Source of the DNA: an uncultured Eubacteriales bacterium
Lineage (GTDB): Bacteria; Bacillota; Clostridia; TANB77; CAG-508
NCBI GenBank assembly: GCA_949288185.1
Contig: CASEIZ010000069.1
Coordinates: forward strand, 15,244-79,243
Direction: 5' to 3'
Length of the DNA stretch: 64,000 nt
In this document: positions 1 to 8,143 of the stretch, in pieces
How the letters are laid out: every line of letters begins with the position of its first letter
Position numbering within the stretch: the stretch's first letter is position 1
The notes under the pieces: generated by a model
Told to the model about the DNA's origin: nothing
Seen by the model: the letters and a program-made list of their open reading frames with translations, nothing else
Database searches by the model: none
Program-made: the position numbers and the translations under genes

Positions 1-138
1 GCAGAAGCTGAAAAGGTTGCTAATGGTGAGCAAGTAGATAAAGTATCAGATTATCAAGAAGAAGCAGCTGGAGAAACATCATTAATTAGTGGGTTGATTA
101 AAGCTCTAAAATTAATTAAAAACATGTTTAGTTTCTAA
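1..138 (+). CDS. 3' end of a hypothetical protein (partial at window edge)
   Basis: Open frame from position 1 to TAA at 136-138 (…GETSLISGLIKALKLIKNMFSF*). A terminator-like hairpin follows at ~155-200. Confidence 0.4.
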   Translation, partial: AEAEKVANGEQVDKVSDYQEEAAGETSLISGLIKALKLIKNMFSF

Positions 139-205
139 AGTGTAAAATATTATATAAAAGATGGTTTCCTATCTCAGGATTCCGTCTTTTATTTTGATAA
201 ATATT

Positions 206-240
206 GACATTTATCTTCTTTTTATAGTATACTTAATAGT
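206..240 (+). promoter_or_regulatory. Sigma-A-like promoter (TTGACA, ~17 nt spacer, TATAGT/TAGTAT) upstream of the 282 gene
   Basis: TTGACA at 206-211, a -10-like TAGTAT about 17 nt downstream, and a GAAAGGG ribosome-binding site before the ATG at 282. Confidence 0.35.
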
Positions 241-281
241 AGTGAAATCAAAATTTATGCTTATCAAATACAAGAAAGGGT

Positions 282-932
282 TTGTTTAATATGTATAAAA
301 TTCATAGAAAATTATTTATCATTATTTTTATATTTATGTTTTTATTATTTAACTTATTCTCTCCTGTGTTTGCTGTAACAGACAGCGAAAAACAAGAATT
401 AATAGATTTATTAAATGAATATGAAAGTGACTTAGGAAATTTAATTGAATTTAAATTGATAGTAGATAAAACATATACAGATTTACATTCTGTATCCAGT
501 GTAGATGATTCCTTAAAGGAAACTTTACGAGCAGATATTGATATGTTAGATACTGTCACAGATTTAAATCCTTTAATCTTAACAGTTTTAAAGGTTGAAT
601 TAAATTCTCAAGTAGATAAGTTGACAAATAGTAATTTACATGAAATGCAAGAAGAAATTGAAATTATAAAAGAATGGTCAGATCAAAAAGCAGCAGAACT
701 TGGATATACTGATACACCAAATAATAACGAGGATATAAATCAAAATCAACCAAATGAAGATATAAATCAAAATACACAAACTACTACTTCTTTACCTCAA
801 GAAATCCAACAAGTGACAACATCTCTTCCCTATGCAGGTACAGGTAGTATTATAATTGGATTTATTGTTTTACTAATAATAAGTGCAATTATTTCAATTA
901 TTCGATATAATCAGTTAAAAGATGCAAAATAA
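282..932 (+). CDS. Secreted surface protein with a C-terminal sorting-signal-like tail (LPYAGTG, hydrophobic segment, basic tail)
   Basis: N-terminal signal peptide. The C-terminus reads SLPYAGTGS, then IIIGFIVLLIISAIISII, then RYNQLKDAK, which is the layout of a sortase cell-wall anchor with a variant LPxAG motif. Confidence 0.6.
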   Translation: MFNMYKIHRKLFIIIFIFMFLLFNLFSPVFAVTDSEKQELIDLLNEYESDLGNLIEFKLIVDKTYTDLHSVSSVDDSLKETLRADIDMLDTVTDLNPLILTVLKVELNSQVDKLTNSNLHEMQEEIEIIKEWSDQKAAELGYTDTPNNNEDINQNQPNEDINQNTQTTTSLPQEIQQVTTSLPYAGTGSIIIGFIVLLIISAIISIIRYNQLKDAK

Positions 933-961
933 AGAACCACAAAATTGGTTCTTTATTTTTT

Positions 962-3307
962 TTACATATTCTTATTTACATTTTTCCTTAAAGCTATATA
1001 ACTAGCAAGCATCAAAACCAGTGTCATTAATATCATAATCAAAATTACATGTATCATGTGTTCTGATGTAAATGTAAAATAATCTTCTGGTTCTACTTCT
1101 GCCATTGGATTAATTGTTTGCACAATATGAGTTAAATCATTTAGATTAACACTTGTTCCTAACCCTTCTACTGACCACCTACATAGTATAAAATTAGAAA
1201 CAAATTCTCCAACTCCTTCTAATTTAAACAACATTCCAGAAAATAACAATTGCGGAACGAGTATTAGAGGAATGATAGACATCGCTATATTTGAATTTTT
1301 TACAATTGCAGAAATACATAATCCTAATGCAGCAGCAGACAATATTGATAAGAAACATATAATTTGAATATCCCAATAGGAATCTATCAATATACTGTTA
1401 GAAGAACTACCTACAATCTCTTGGAAAATATATACCATCAAAGTCGACTGTATAAATGCCAGTATTCCTTGCACAATAAATTTTGATAATAAATAAGTTG
1501 ATAATTTTAAATCTGACATATGCTCCTTTTGTAAAATAACTTTTTCCTTACAAATTTCTTGAACTGAATTCATTAATCCCAGCCAGATGGATGCACATCC
1601 TAAAGAAAATAGAATTGCTTTTGTATCATCATAACTCGAATACAAATCTTCAGTAGAAACAATTGTCAATAATACAGCAACAATCGGTGCTTGTGCAAAT
1701 AATAAAATTAGTTGCTGAACATCATTTGCTATTAATTTTATATATCTTCTAATTAAAGTTATTAATTGTTTAAAAAAAGATTTTTTCTTATGTGGGACTT
1801 TATTGCTTTTTTTAAACTCGATATGACTAACAGTTTCTTTTCCATATATTGCTATAAATTTTTCATACCATTCTTCCATATTTTCATTTAATAAGGTATA
1901 AATATCAACAAAATCATCTACTCCAAAGAAATCTAATGCTTCTTGTGGTTTTCCATAAAAACATAAATGTCCACCTTTTCCAAAAAAAGCAACTTTATCA
2001 CATAAATGTAAATTTAATGTGTTATGAGTAACAAGAATAATTGTTTTTCCCATTTTAGACATTTTTTGTAAAGTTTTCATGACACTTCTTTCTGTATCAG
2101 GGTCTAATCCACTTGTTGGTTCATCTAAAAAGAATAAACTTGGATCAGCAATTAATTCTGTAGCAATACTTGCCCTTTTTCTTTGTCCACCACTTAATTG
2201 TCGAATATAGGAATTCTCAAATTCTGTTAATTGAACAATTTCTAAAACTTCTTTTATTCTCTGTGTTCTTTCTTTCTTAGTTGAATTATCAGGCATTCTT
2301 AGTTTAGCTGTATAATTTAACATATCATGCAATGTTAAATTAGAATAAACAATATCTTCTTGTGGTACATAGCCAATATTGTATTTTAAACTTTCATAAT
2401 TCTCATAAAGATTTTCTCCATTTAAAAGCACTAAACCAGAAGAAGGTGTATCTACTCCACTTATACATTTCATGAAAGTAGATTTTCCAGCACCAGAACC
2501 TCCAACAAAAGCTACAAATTCAGAAGGTTTCACATGCATACTAACATGAGAAGAAATTTCTTTTGTCTTAAATCTAATACGAACGCGTTTTACAATATCA
2601 ATTGCATCTAGCTGTACACCTCTTTTATATATTTGATAAATTAATTTTTGATTATATAAAATAAGTTTTGAATTTCCAATAACGATAACATCCAAATTAT
2701 TCAAGGAAACGTCTTGAGATGAAAGGATTTGTGTTCCATTGACAAATGTTCCATTTAAACTGCTTTCATCTTTGATAGATATCTTATTTCCGATTTTTGT
2801 AACTGTAGCATGTTTTTTTGCCACTCCACTAGGAGGTAATACAAGATCACAACCTCCCCCGCTTCCTAATGTATTACTGCCTAATTGCAAAGGATAGCTT
2901 TTCCATTCATCCAAATTTTGGCCAATGGACATAATAAATAAGATACTATGAGATACATCTGAAGAAGAAGGATTGACAATTTTTATAAATCCGCCTTCAG
3001 ATAAATATATATCATTAAATGGTTTATCATTATTACTAACCATTGCATACTCTTTACTAGTATTAACAGCTAAAACGCCATATTCTGTAATCTCAAAATA
3101 CCCTTGTTCAAAGTCAATATTCTCTGAATTAATAACAATATCATTGTCTTCATCCCTTCCAAAAGTAAAAAAGGTCTTTCTGTATTCTGAAAGGTTAATG
3201 GTTATCAAATTATTTTCATAAAATATGGTTAAAAAATAATTGTCTTCCGTCTGTGCTTTTCTTTTAAAGCTTTCAAAATCACTGTATTCCTCATTTTTAT
3301 TTTTCAT
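962..3307 (-). CDS. FHA-domain-containing ABC transporter (ATPase fused to an ABC-2 permease)
   Basis: Two N-terminal FHA-like segments (…GRDEDNDIVI…, …LGSGGGCDLVLPP…TFVNGTQI). Walker A GGSGAGKST, signature LSGGQRKRASIA, Walker B LFFLDEPTSGLD, and a six-TM ABC-2 type C-terminus. Confidence 0.85.
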   Translation of the reverse strand: MKNKNEEYSDFESFKRKAQTEDNYFLTIFYENNLITINLSEYRKTFFTFGRDEDNDIVINSENIDFEQGYFEITEYGVLAVNTSKEYAMVSNNDKPFNDIYLSEGGFIKIVNPSSSDVSHSILFIMSIGQNLDEWKSYPLQLGSNTLGSGGGCDLVLPPSGVAKKHATVTKIGNKISIKDESSLNGTFVNGTQILSSQDVSLNNLDVIVIGNSKLILYNQKLIYQIYKRGVQLDAIDIVKRVRIRFKTKEISSHVSMHVKPSEFVAFVGGSGAGKSTFMKCISGVDTPSSGLVLLNGENLYENYESLKYNIGYVPQEDIVYSNLTLHDMLNYTAKLRMPDNSTKKERTQRIKEVLEIVQLTEFENSYIRQLSGGQRKRASIATELIADPSLFFLDEPTSGLDPDTERSVMKTLQKMSKMGKTIILVTHNTLNLHLCDKVAFFGKGGHLCFYGKPQEALDFFGVDDFVDIYTLLNENMEEWYEKFIAIYGKETVSHIEFKKSNKVPHKKKSFFKQLITLIRRYIKLIANDVQQLILLFAQAPIVAVLLTIVSTEDLYSSYDDTKAILFSLGCASIWLGLMNSVQEICKEKVILQKEHMSDLKLSTYLLSKFIVQGILAFIQSTLMVYIFQEIVGSSSNSILIDSYWDIQIICFLSILSAAALGLCISAIVKNSNIAMSIIPLILVPQLLFSGMLFKLEGVGEFVSNFILCRWSVEGLGTSVNLNDLTHIVQTINPMAEVEPEDYFTFTSEHMIHVILIMILMTLVLMLASYIALRKNVNKNM

Positions 3308-3394
3308 ATGTGTAATTTACTCCCCAATATTTTTTAATATTTTTTAATATTTTATCATTTTTACTAAATGATTTCAATATTAAAATGTGAACTT

Positions 3395-4531
3395 TTATTT
3401 TTTATCAAAAATCGTTTTAAATACACCTTGGTCAATCAAATTAGCAAATATATTTTTTATAATAATTAGGGCAATCGGTCCTAATAGTAATCCAATAACC
3501 CCTGTTATTTTAAATCCTGTATACATAGCAATTAATGTAAATATAGGATGAACACCAATATTTTTACTAACCAATTTTGGCTCTAAAAATTGTCTGACAA
3601 CAGACATAATAATAAACAAAGTAACAATGGCGATTCCTGATGCTAAGTCACCATTTAGTCCAGAGATAATTGCCCATGGTATCATAACTGTTCCAGAACC
3701 TAAAATGGGAAGAGCATCTACAAAACCAATAAATAATGCCATTAATAAAGGATATTGTATATTAAATTTTAAAAAAGATAATATATATAATCCTACAAGA
3801 GAAATCACAAATGATACTAGAATTAATGTTGCTTCTGCTTTTAAATACCCTCCTAATGTTTGTATCAAATCTTTTAAATGTGTACTTAATTTTTTCACCC
3901 ATGCTTTTGGTAAGTGATATTCTATTTGGTCCAGAATATAGATTTTGTCGACACAAATAAAATATAATGCCAATATCGTAATTCCTACACATATAGCAAT
4001 TTCAGGTATTTTGGTAACCATATTAATCAAACCATTTAATGCATTTCTTAACCAATTCGATACAGTTTCTAAAAAATCTCCACTTGATTCTTGAATGATG
4101 CTTAATATTTCATCTGATAGTTTTATTTTATCAAAATGGAATTGTTCGATAAATCCTTGTAACTGACTAGAAGCCTTATCCACATAGTCATTTAATCCTT
4201 GTAATAAACTAGAAGATTCTGAAAATAGTGTCACAATAATCCATGCCAATATTCCTAAAATAATGGCAGATACAAGAATGAAAATGATAATAGAGCTAGT
4301 CCTTCTAGTTAAGTTCGTTTTTCGCATAATCAATTTTATAAGAGGTTCTATGATTAATGAGATAATAAATGCAATTAAAAAAGGCATATAAAAAATAGAT
4401 AATTTTAATGCCAGATATAGACCTAATATCAATAAAACAACATATATGATATTTTTTAATACTCTTGTCCAATATGGTATGTTTACAATCATCTCTCCCC
4501 TCCCTCTTATATTTAATCTATAAATTTTCAC
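3395..4531 (-). CDS. AI-2E family transporter (YtvI/PerM-like integral membrane protein)
   Basis: Polytopic membrane protein whose C-terminal block …LPILGSGTVMIPWAIISGLNGD…LEPKLVSKNIGVHP…GLLLGP is typical of PF01594. The true start may be an internal Met (MIVNIPYW). Confidence 0.8.
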   Translation of the reverse strand: MKIYRLNIRGRGEMIVNIPYWTRVLKNIIYVVLLILGLYLALKLSIFYMPFLIAFIISLIIEPLIKLIMRKTNLTRRTSSIIIFILVSAIILGILAWIIVTLFSESSSLLQGLNDYVDKASSQLQGFIEQFHFDKIKLSDEILSIIQESSGDFLETVSNWLRNALNGLINMVTKIPEIAICVGITILALYFICVDKIYILDQIEYHLPKAWVKKLSTHLKDLIQTLGGYLKAEATLILVSFVISLVGLYILSFLKFNIQYPLLMALFIGFVDALPILGSGTVMIPWAIISGLNGDLASGIAIVTLFIIMSVVRQFLEPKLVSKNIGVHPIFTLIAMYTGFKITGVIGLLLGPIALIIIKNIFANLIDQGVFKTIFDKK

Positions 4532-4603
4532 AATTTTAAACCAAATTTAATTTCATTATTTATTATATGTATCATAAAATTTTATATACGAATAAAAAAA
4601 GAA

Positions 4604-4647
4604 AAACAGTAGAATTTGTTCTATATCATTAACAAAATTCTACTGTT
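4604..4647 (-). terminator. Rho-independent terminator of the CBS gene
   Basis: Perfect 13-bp stem (AACAGTAGAATTT … AAATTCTACTGTT) followed on the minus strand by a T-run. Confidence 0.6.
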
Positions 4648-4664
4648 ATAAAACGATTTATTGA

Positions 4665-5111
4665 CTATTCTGCATTTTTATTTGTATCACAATCACAAAC
4701 ATCTTCAAATGTAATACAAATTTCTCTATCATCTAATTTTGCTCTATTTTGTGCAATATCTCCCAATGTTAATATACCAATCACTTTTTTATTACTGTCA
4801 CAAACAGGTAATCTTCTTACTTTGTTTGTTCCCATTTTATTTTCAGCATTTGCCATATCTTCATTTTCTTCACAAGTAGATACATTTGTTGACATGATAT
4901 CACTTACAGGTGTTGTTTTTACATCTTTATCACAAGCAATGCTTCTTAAAATGATATCTCTATCTGTAACAATACCACATAAACAATTATTATTATCGCA
5001 AACAGGTATTGAACCAATATGATTTTGACACATTAGTTTTGCAACATCATGTACTGTTGTTTCTGGTTTTACACAACAAACGTCTGTACACATACAATCT
5101 TTAACCTTCAT
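4665..5111 (-). CDS. CBS-domain pair protein, unusually cysteine-rich
   Basis: Two CBS motifs (…HIGSIPV…GIVTDRDI… and …RRLPV…IGILTLGDI). About 14 Cys in 148 aa, arranged as CxC, CC, CxC and CDC motifs. Confidence 0.8.
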   Translation of the reverse strand: MKVKDCMCTDVCCVKPETTVHDVAKLMCQNHIGSIPVCDNNNCLCGIVTDRDIILRSIACDKDVKTTPVSDIMSTNVSTCEENEDMANAENKMGTNKVRRLPVCDSNKKVIGILTLGDIAQNRAKLDDREICITFEDVCDCDTNKNAE

Positions 5112-5234
5112 TTACTTTACCACCTTTCAAAATTTCTCATTTTTATTTTTTGCATTTTTTGAATTTCTATTCAAAGTTAATCTTGAAAAATTGGTAAAAT
5201 TTTCATTTTTTAATTATATAGAAAAATCCGTTTT

Positions 5235-5849
5235 CTAATATTCATAAATATCATATAATGGTTGATAATTTCTAGGCATAATTGGTGGTCTCATAGGTGG
5301 ACGCGGATGATGTGGTGGTCTTGGTGGAAAATGATTGTGACGTCTTCTTAGTAATTCTCTGATTAATAATATTTTGATTAAATCTCTTAAATTATTGTTT
5401 CTAGGACTTATTCTACTTTCTCCTTCTGTATTTCTATTTTTCACTTCTTGTTTTTCAGGACTTTTCTTTTGAATTTCCTCTTTTGATATTTCGTTTCTGT
5501 TTTGCATTCTATTCATATTTGTTGTAGAAATTGTATTTCCTAAATTAATATTCACATTAATCTGATTATTATCTTCTATTGCTGAATAAATTTCATCAGT
5601 CATTTGTTCAATCTCTTCCCTGCTATTTGCTCCCATATTTCCATCACAGGCTTTTTGAACCATTGGATATATAATTTTATATATCTCGGGATAAAAGTCT
5701 TCTAAATCGTTTCTCATGTTTACTTGAGATGGATTTGGATATTCAGTTTGATACATTTGATTTTGATTTATATGGTTTTGGTTCATAGTTGCTGTACTCG
5801 GATATCCTAAAACACTTCTTATGTACTCTTCATATTGGCTATCATACAT
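5235..5849 (-). CDS. Hypothetical protein with a Pro/His/Arg-rich C-terminus (possibly spore-associated)
   Basis: Best start is MYDSQYEEY at 5849, preceded by an AGGAGG ribosome-binding site. The C-terminus reads RRRHNHFPPRPPHHPRPPMRPPIMPRNYQPLYDIYEY. No recognisable family. Confidence 0.5.
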   Translation of the reverse strand: MYDSQYEEYIRSVLGYPSTATMNQNHINQNQMYQTEYPNPSQVNMRNDLEDFYPEIYKIIYPMVQKACDGNMGANSREEIEQMTDEIYSAIEDNNQINVNINLGNTISTTNMNRMQNRNEISKEEIQKKSPEKQEVKNRNTEGESRISPRNNNLRDLIKILLIRELLRRRHNHFPPRPPHHPRPPMRPPIMPRNYQPLYDIYEY

Positions 5850-5998
5850 TTCTAATTCCTCCTTATTTATTTTATACAAGATATGTTGATAACTTCTAAA
5901 AGGTGCATAATATTTCACTTTTTCGTGATTTTGTGGTATAATTATATTGATACACAAAAAGGCTATAATTACGGCAAAAGAAAGGAGAATAGAACATC

Positions 5999-6166
5999 AT
6001 GGAAGGCAAACTTATTTTTAATGAATGGGCAGAGGATCTTCCTCTGGAGAGGAAGGTTCGGATTGCAGAAGAGCTTCTGCTCATTGCAAAGAGCAATCAT
6101 TTGACTCTTGATGAGCAGAAGAAAGTAGATGAAGCTGAAAAGTTTCTTCTACAACGTGATGATTAG
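5999..6166 (+). CDS. Small hypothetical protein (55 aa), GC-atypical
   Basis: ATG at 5999 preceded by AAAGGAGAA. MEGKLIFNEWAEDLPLERKVRIAEELLLIAKSNHLTLDEQKKVDEAEKFLLQRDD. GC-rich codon usage (GAG/CTG/CTC/CGG) against a 27% GC background, with an extended -10 (TGgTATAAT) upstream and a strong terminator downstream. Confidence 0.4.
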   Translation: MEGKLIFNEWAEDLPLERKVRIAEELLLIAKSNHLTLDEQKKVDEAEKFLLQRDD

Positions 6167-6177
6167 CCTGCAGAAGA

Positions 6178-6210
6178 AGGCGACCTAGTTCTTAGGTCGC
6201 CTGATTTCTT
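6178..6210 (+). terminator. Rho-independent terminator after the small ORF
   Basis: AGGCGACCTAG-ttc-TTAGGTCGCCT stem followed by GATTTCTTTGTT. Confidence 0.55.
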
Positions 6211-6341
6211 TGTTATACACAAAAATCAAATTTTATAATATTCTAATGTTCAAGATCTTTTTATTTTACTATTTGTCTTTGAATATATTTATCAAATAAT
6301 GATGTTAATTTTCCATCAAAATCATATATAATGATTAGGTT

Positions 6342-7751
6342 TTATCTCTCTTTTAAAGTTCTCACCAATTTTTTAAATTGATTTCCCCTATCTGCAAAAT
6401 TTTTAAACATATCAAAACTTGCACTAGCAGGAGAAAATAGAACAACATCTCCATTTTTAGCATTCTTTTTTGCAATTGGAATGGTTTCTTCTAAAGTTTC
6501 ACACATATAGATGTTTAAATTTTTGTTTTCTCTTTCTAATTCTTCTTTTACAGCATCATAAATTTTTCCTGATGTTTGACCAATTAAAATCAATGTTTTC
6601 ACTTTATCAATAATTGGTTTGGCAAGAGGTTTGTAATCTAAGTTTTTGTCATATCCACCTGCAATCAAAACAATCTTTTCTTTAAAAGCATTTAGTCCTG
6701 ATAAAGTTCTAGAAGGAGATGAACTTGCAGAATCATTATACCATTTAACACCATCAATTTCCTCTACAAATTCAATTCTATGTTCTACAGGTTTAAACTC
6801 TTTAATTGCTTTGACAGCTGTTTCTATATCTACTAAACTTGCTGTTGCAGCAATGGCTGTTGCTATATTTTGATAGTTATGATTTCCTCTTAAAATGACA
6901 ACATCTGTATTTAAAATATGTTTTCTGACTTTATCATCACATTCTTTTATCACATCTTCATCAACAATATATCCATTATCTAATTTGGTTTGACTACTAA
7001 AGAAGATAACTTTCCCATTTGCTTCTTTTGCACATTCTCTTGTAATTTCATTATCATAATTTAAGACCAAAATTCCATTTTCATCTTGATATTTGAAAAT
7101 ATTTTTCTTAGCGTCAATATATTCTTGATAATCTTTATGAATATTTAAATGATTTGGTGTTATATTAGTAATAACAGAAATTTGTGGACTTACTTCCATT
7201 CCCATTAATTGAAAACTACTTAATTCTAACACAACCATATCTTCAGGTGTCATTTCTGGTAGTTTTGTAAATAGTGGTGTTCCAATATTTCCTCCTAAAA
7301 ATGTTTTATATCCTGCTTTTTGTAAAATATGATTGATTAAACTTGTTGTTGTTGTTTTACCATCACTTCCAGTTACACCAATTACTTTTGCTGGACACAT
7401 TTGCATTAATAGCTCTACCTCTGTTGTTACCAATGCTCCTCTATTGGCTTCTTCTACTAGTTCTGGTTTAGTTGGTAAACAACTAGGAGAACGAAAGATG
7501 ACATTGAAATTCTTTAAATATTGCATACAATCTTTTCCAAAATGCATCATAAATCCATAATTGGTAATTTTCTCAATATTTTCTTTAGGAATTTGATCAT
7601 AGTCTCTTTCATCAAATATCGTTACATTTGCTTTTTTAGCATACAAATAATCTAAAAGTGGCAAATTGCTAACACCTAATCCTATTATGGCCACTTTTCT
7701 ATATCTTATGTAATCATTAAATTCATTTAATTTTTTATTATGATAACTCAT
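6342..7751 (-). CDS. murD: UDP-N-acetylmuramoyl-L-alanine--D-glutamate ligase
   Basis: N-terminal Rossmann fold (VAIIGLGVSN), Mur ligase P-loop VIGVTGSDGKTTTTSL, and a Mur ligase C-terminal domain. Length 469 aa. Confidence 0.93.
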   Translation of the reverse strand: MSYHNKKLNEFNDYIRYRKVAIIGLGVSNLPLLDYLYAKKANVTIFDERDYDQIPKENIEKITNYGFMMHFGKDCMQYLKNFNVIFRSPSCLPTKPELVEEANRGALVTTEVELLMQMCPAKVIGVTGSDGKTTTTSLINHILQKAGYKTFLGGNIGTPLFTKLPEMTPEDMVVLELSSFQLMGMEVSPQISVITNITPNHLNIHKDYQEYIDAKKNIFKYQDENGILVLNYDNEITRECAKEANGKVIFFSSQTKLDNGYIVDEDVIKECDDKVRKHILNTDVVILRGNHNYQNIATAIAATASLVDIETAVKAIKEFKPVEHRIEFVEEIDGVKWYNDSASSSPSRTLSGLNAFKEKIVLIAGGYDKNLDYKPLAKPIIDKVKTLILIGQTSGKIYDAVKEELERENKNLNIYMCETLEETIPIAKKNAKNGDVVLFSPASASFDMFKNFADRGNQFKKLVRTLKER

Positions 7752-7978
7752 TTGTCAATCCCCCTAAAATTTAATATTATGTATTTTATATTCATTCATT
7801 TTTGCTATATAGAAAAATCAAATTTTATCTTAATTTTATTTAGATTTTCCTTTATATAACAAAGTTAATTTCTTATATTCGGTATTATATATCAATTATA
7901 TAGAAAAAACAAATTATATGTGAATATTTTTTTATGATTCGTGCAAAATAGTAATATACTTTGAGGAGGTGCTTGTAT

Positions 7979-8068
7979 ATGAGTAAGAAAAAGAAAGAAA
8001 ATAAAAACAATAATAATTCAAATAATCAAAATAACAATAATGAAAGACAAAATAATAATAACAAATAA
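7979..8068 (+). CDS. Candidate 29-aa Asn/Lys-rich small peptide
   Basis: Strong ribosome-binding site (GAGGAGG, 9 nt, ATG). MSKKKKENKNNNNSNNQNNNNERQNNNNK. A terminator-like hairpin follows at 8075-8114. Confidence 0.3.
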   Translation: MSKKKKENKNNNNSNNQNNNNERQNNNNK

Positions 8069-8074
8069 CATGTT

Positions 8075-8114
8075 AAAGAGACAATTTGAACATCGTTCTA
8101 ATTGCCTCTTTTTA
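8075..8114. terminator. Bidirectional terminator-like hairpin between the small ORF and pyrP-upp
   Basis: AAAGAGACAATT … AATTGCCTCTTT, then TTTATT. Confidence 0.45.
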
Positions 8115-8143
8115 TTATATAAATTACATTAAAATTTTTGAAC

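Noticed and set aside
302-559. Numerous 60-140-aa ORFs on the strand opposite to long, well-supported genes (e.g. 302-559, 2973-3221, 3627-3992, 6646-6873, 8416-9467, 11369-12541, 26237-28207, 42557-43066, 44260-44991)
   Set aside because: They lie fully inside confidently assigned genes on the other strand. Their products are low-complexity and skewed (I/L/F/S-rich), as expected for antisense frames in AT-rich DNA. None has a ribosome-binding site.
3308-3394. Tandem AATATTTTTT x3 microrepeat upstream of the FHA-ABC gene
   Set aside because: Simple AT-rich slippage in a promoter region with no higher-order structure. Not considered a functional repeat.
5999-6166. Assignment of the 55-aa ORF to the Spo0E phosphatase family
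   Set aside because: Size and helicity fit, but the diagnostic SQELD motif is absent (TLDEQ instead), so no family call was made.
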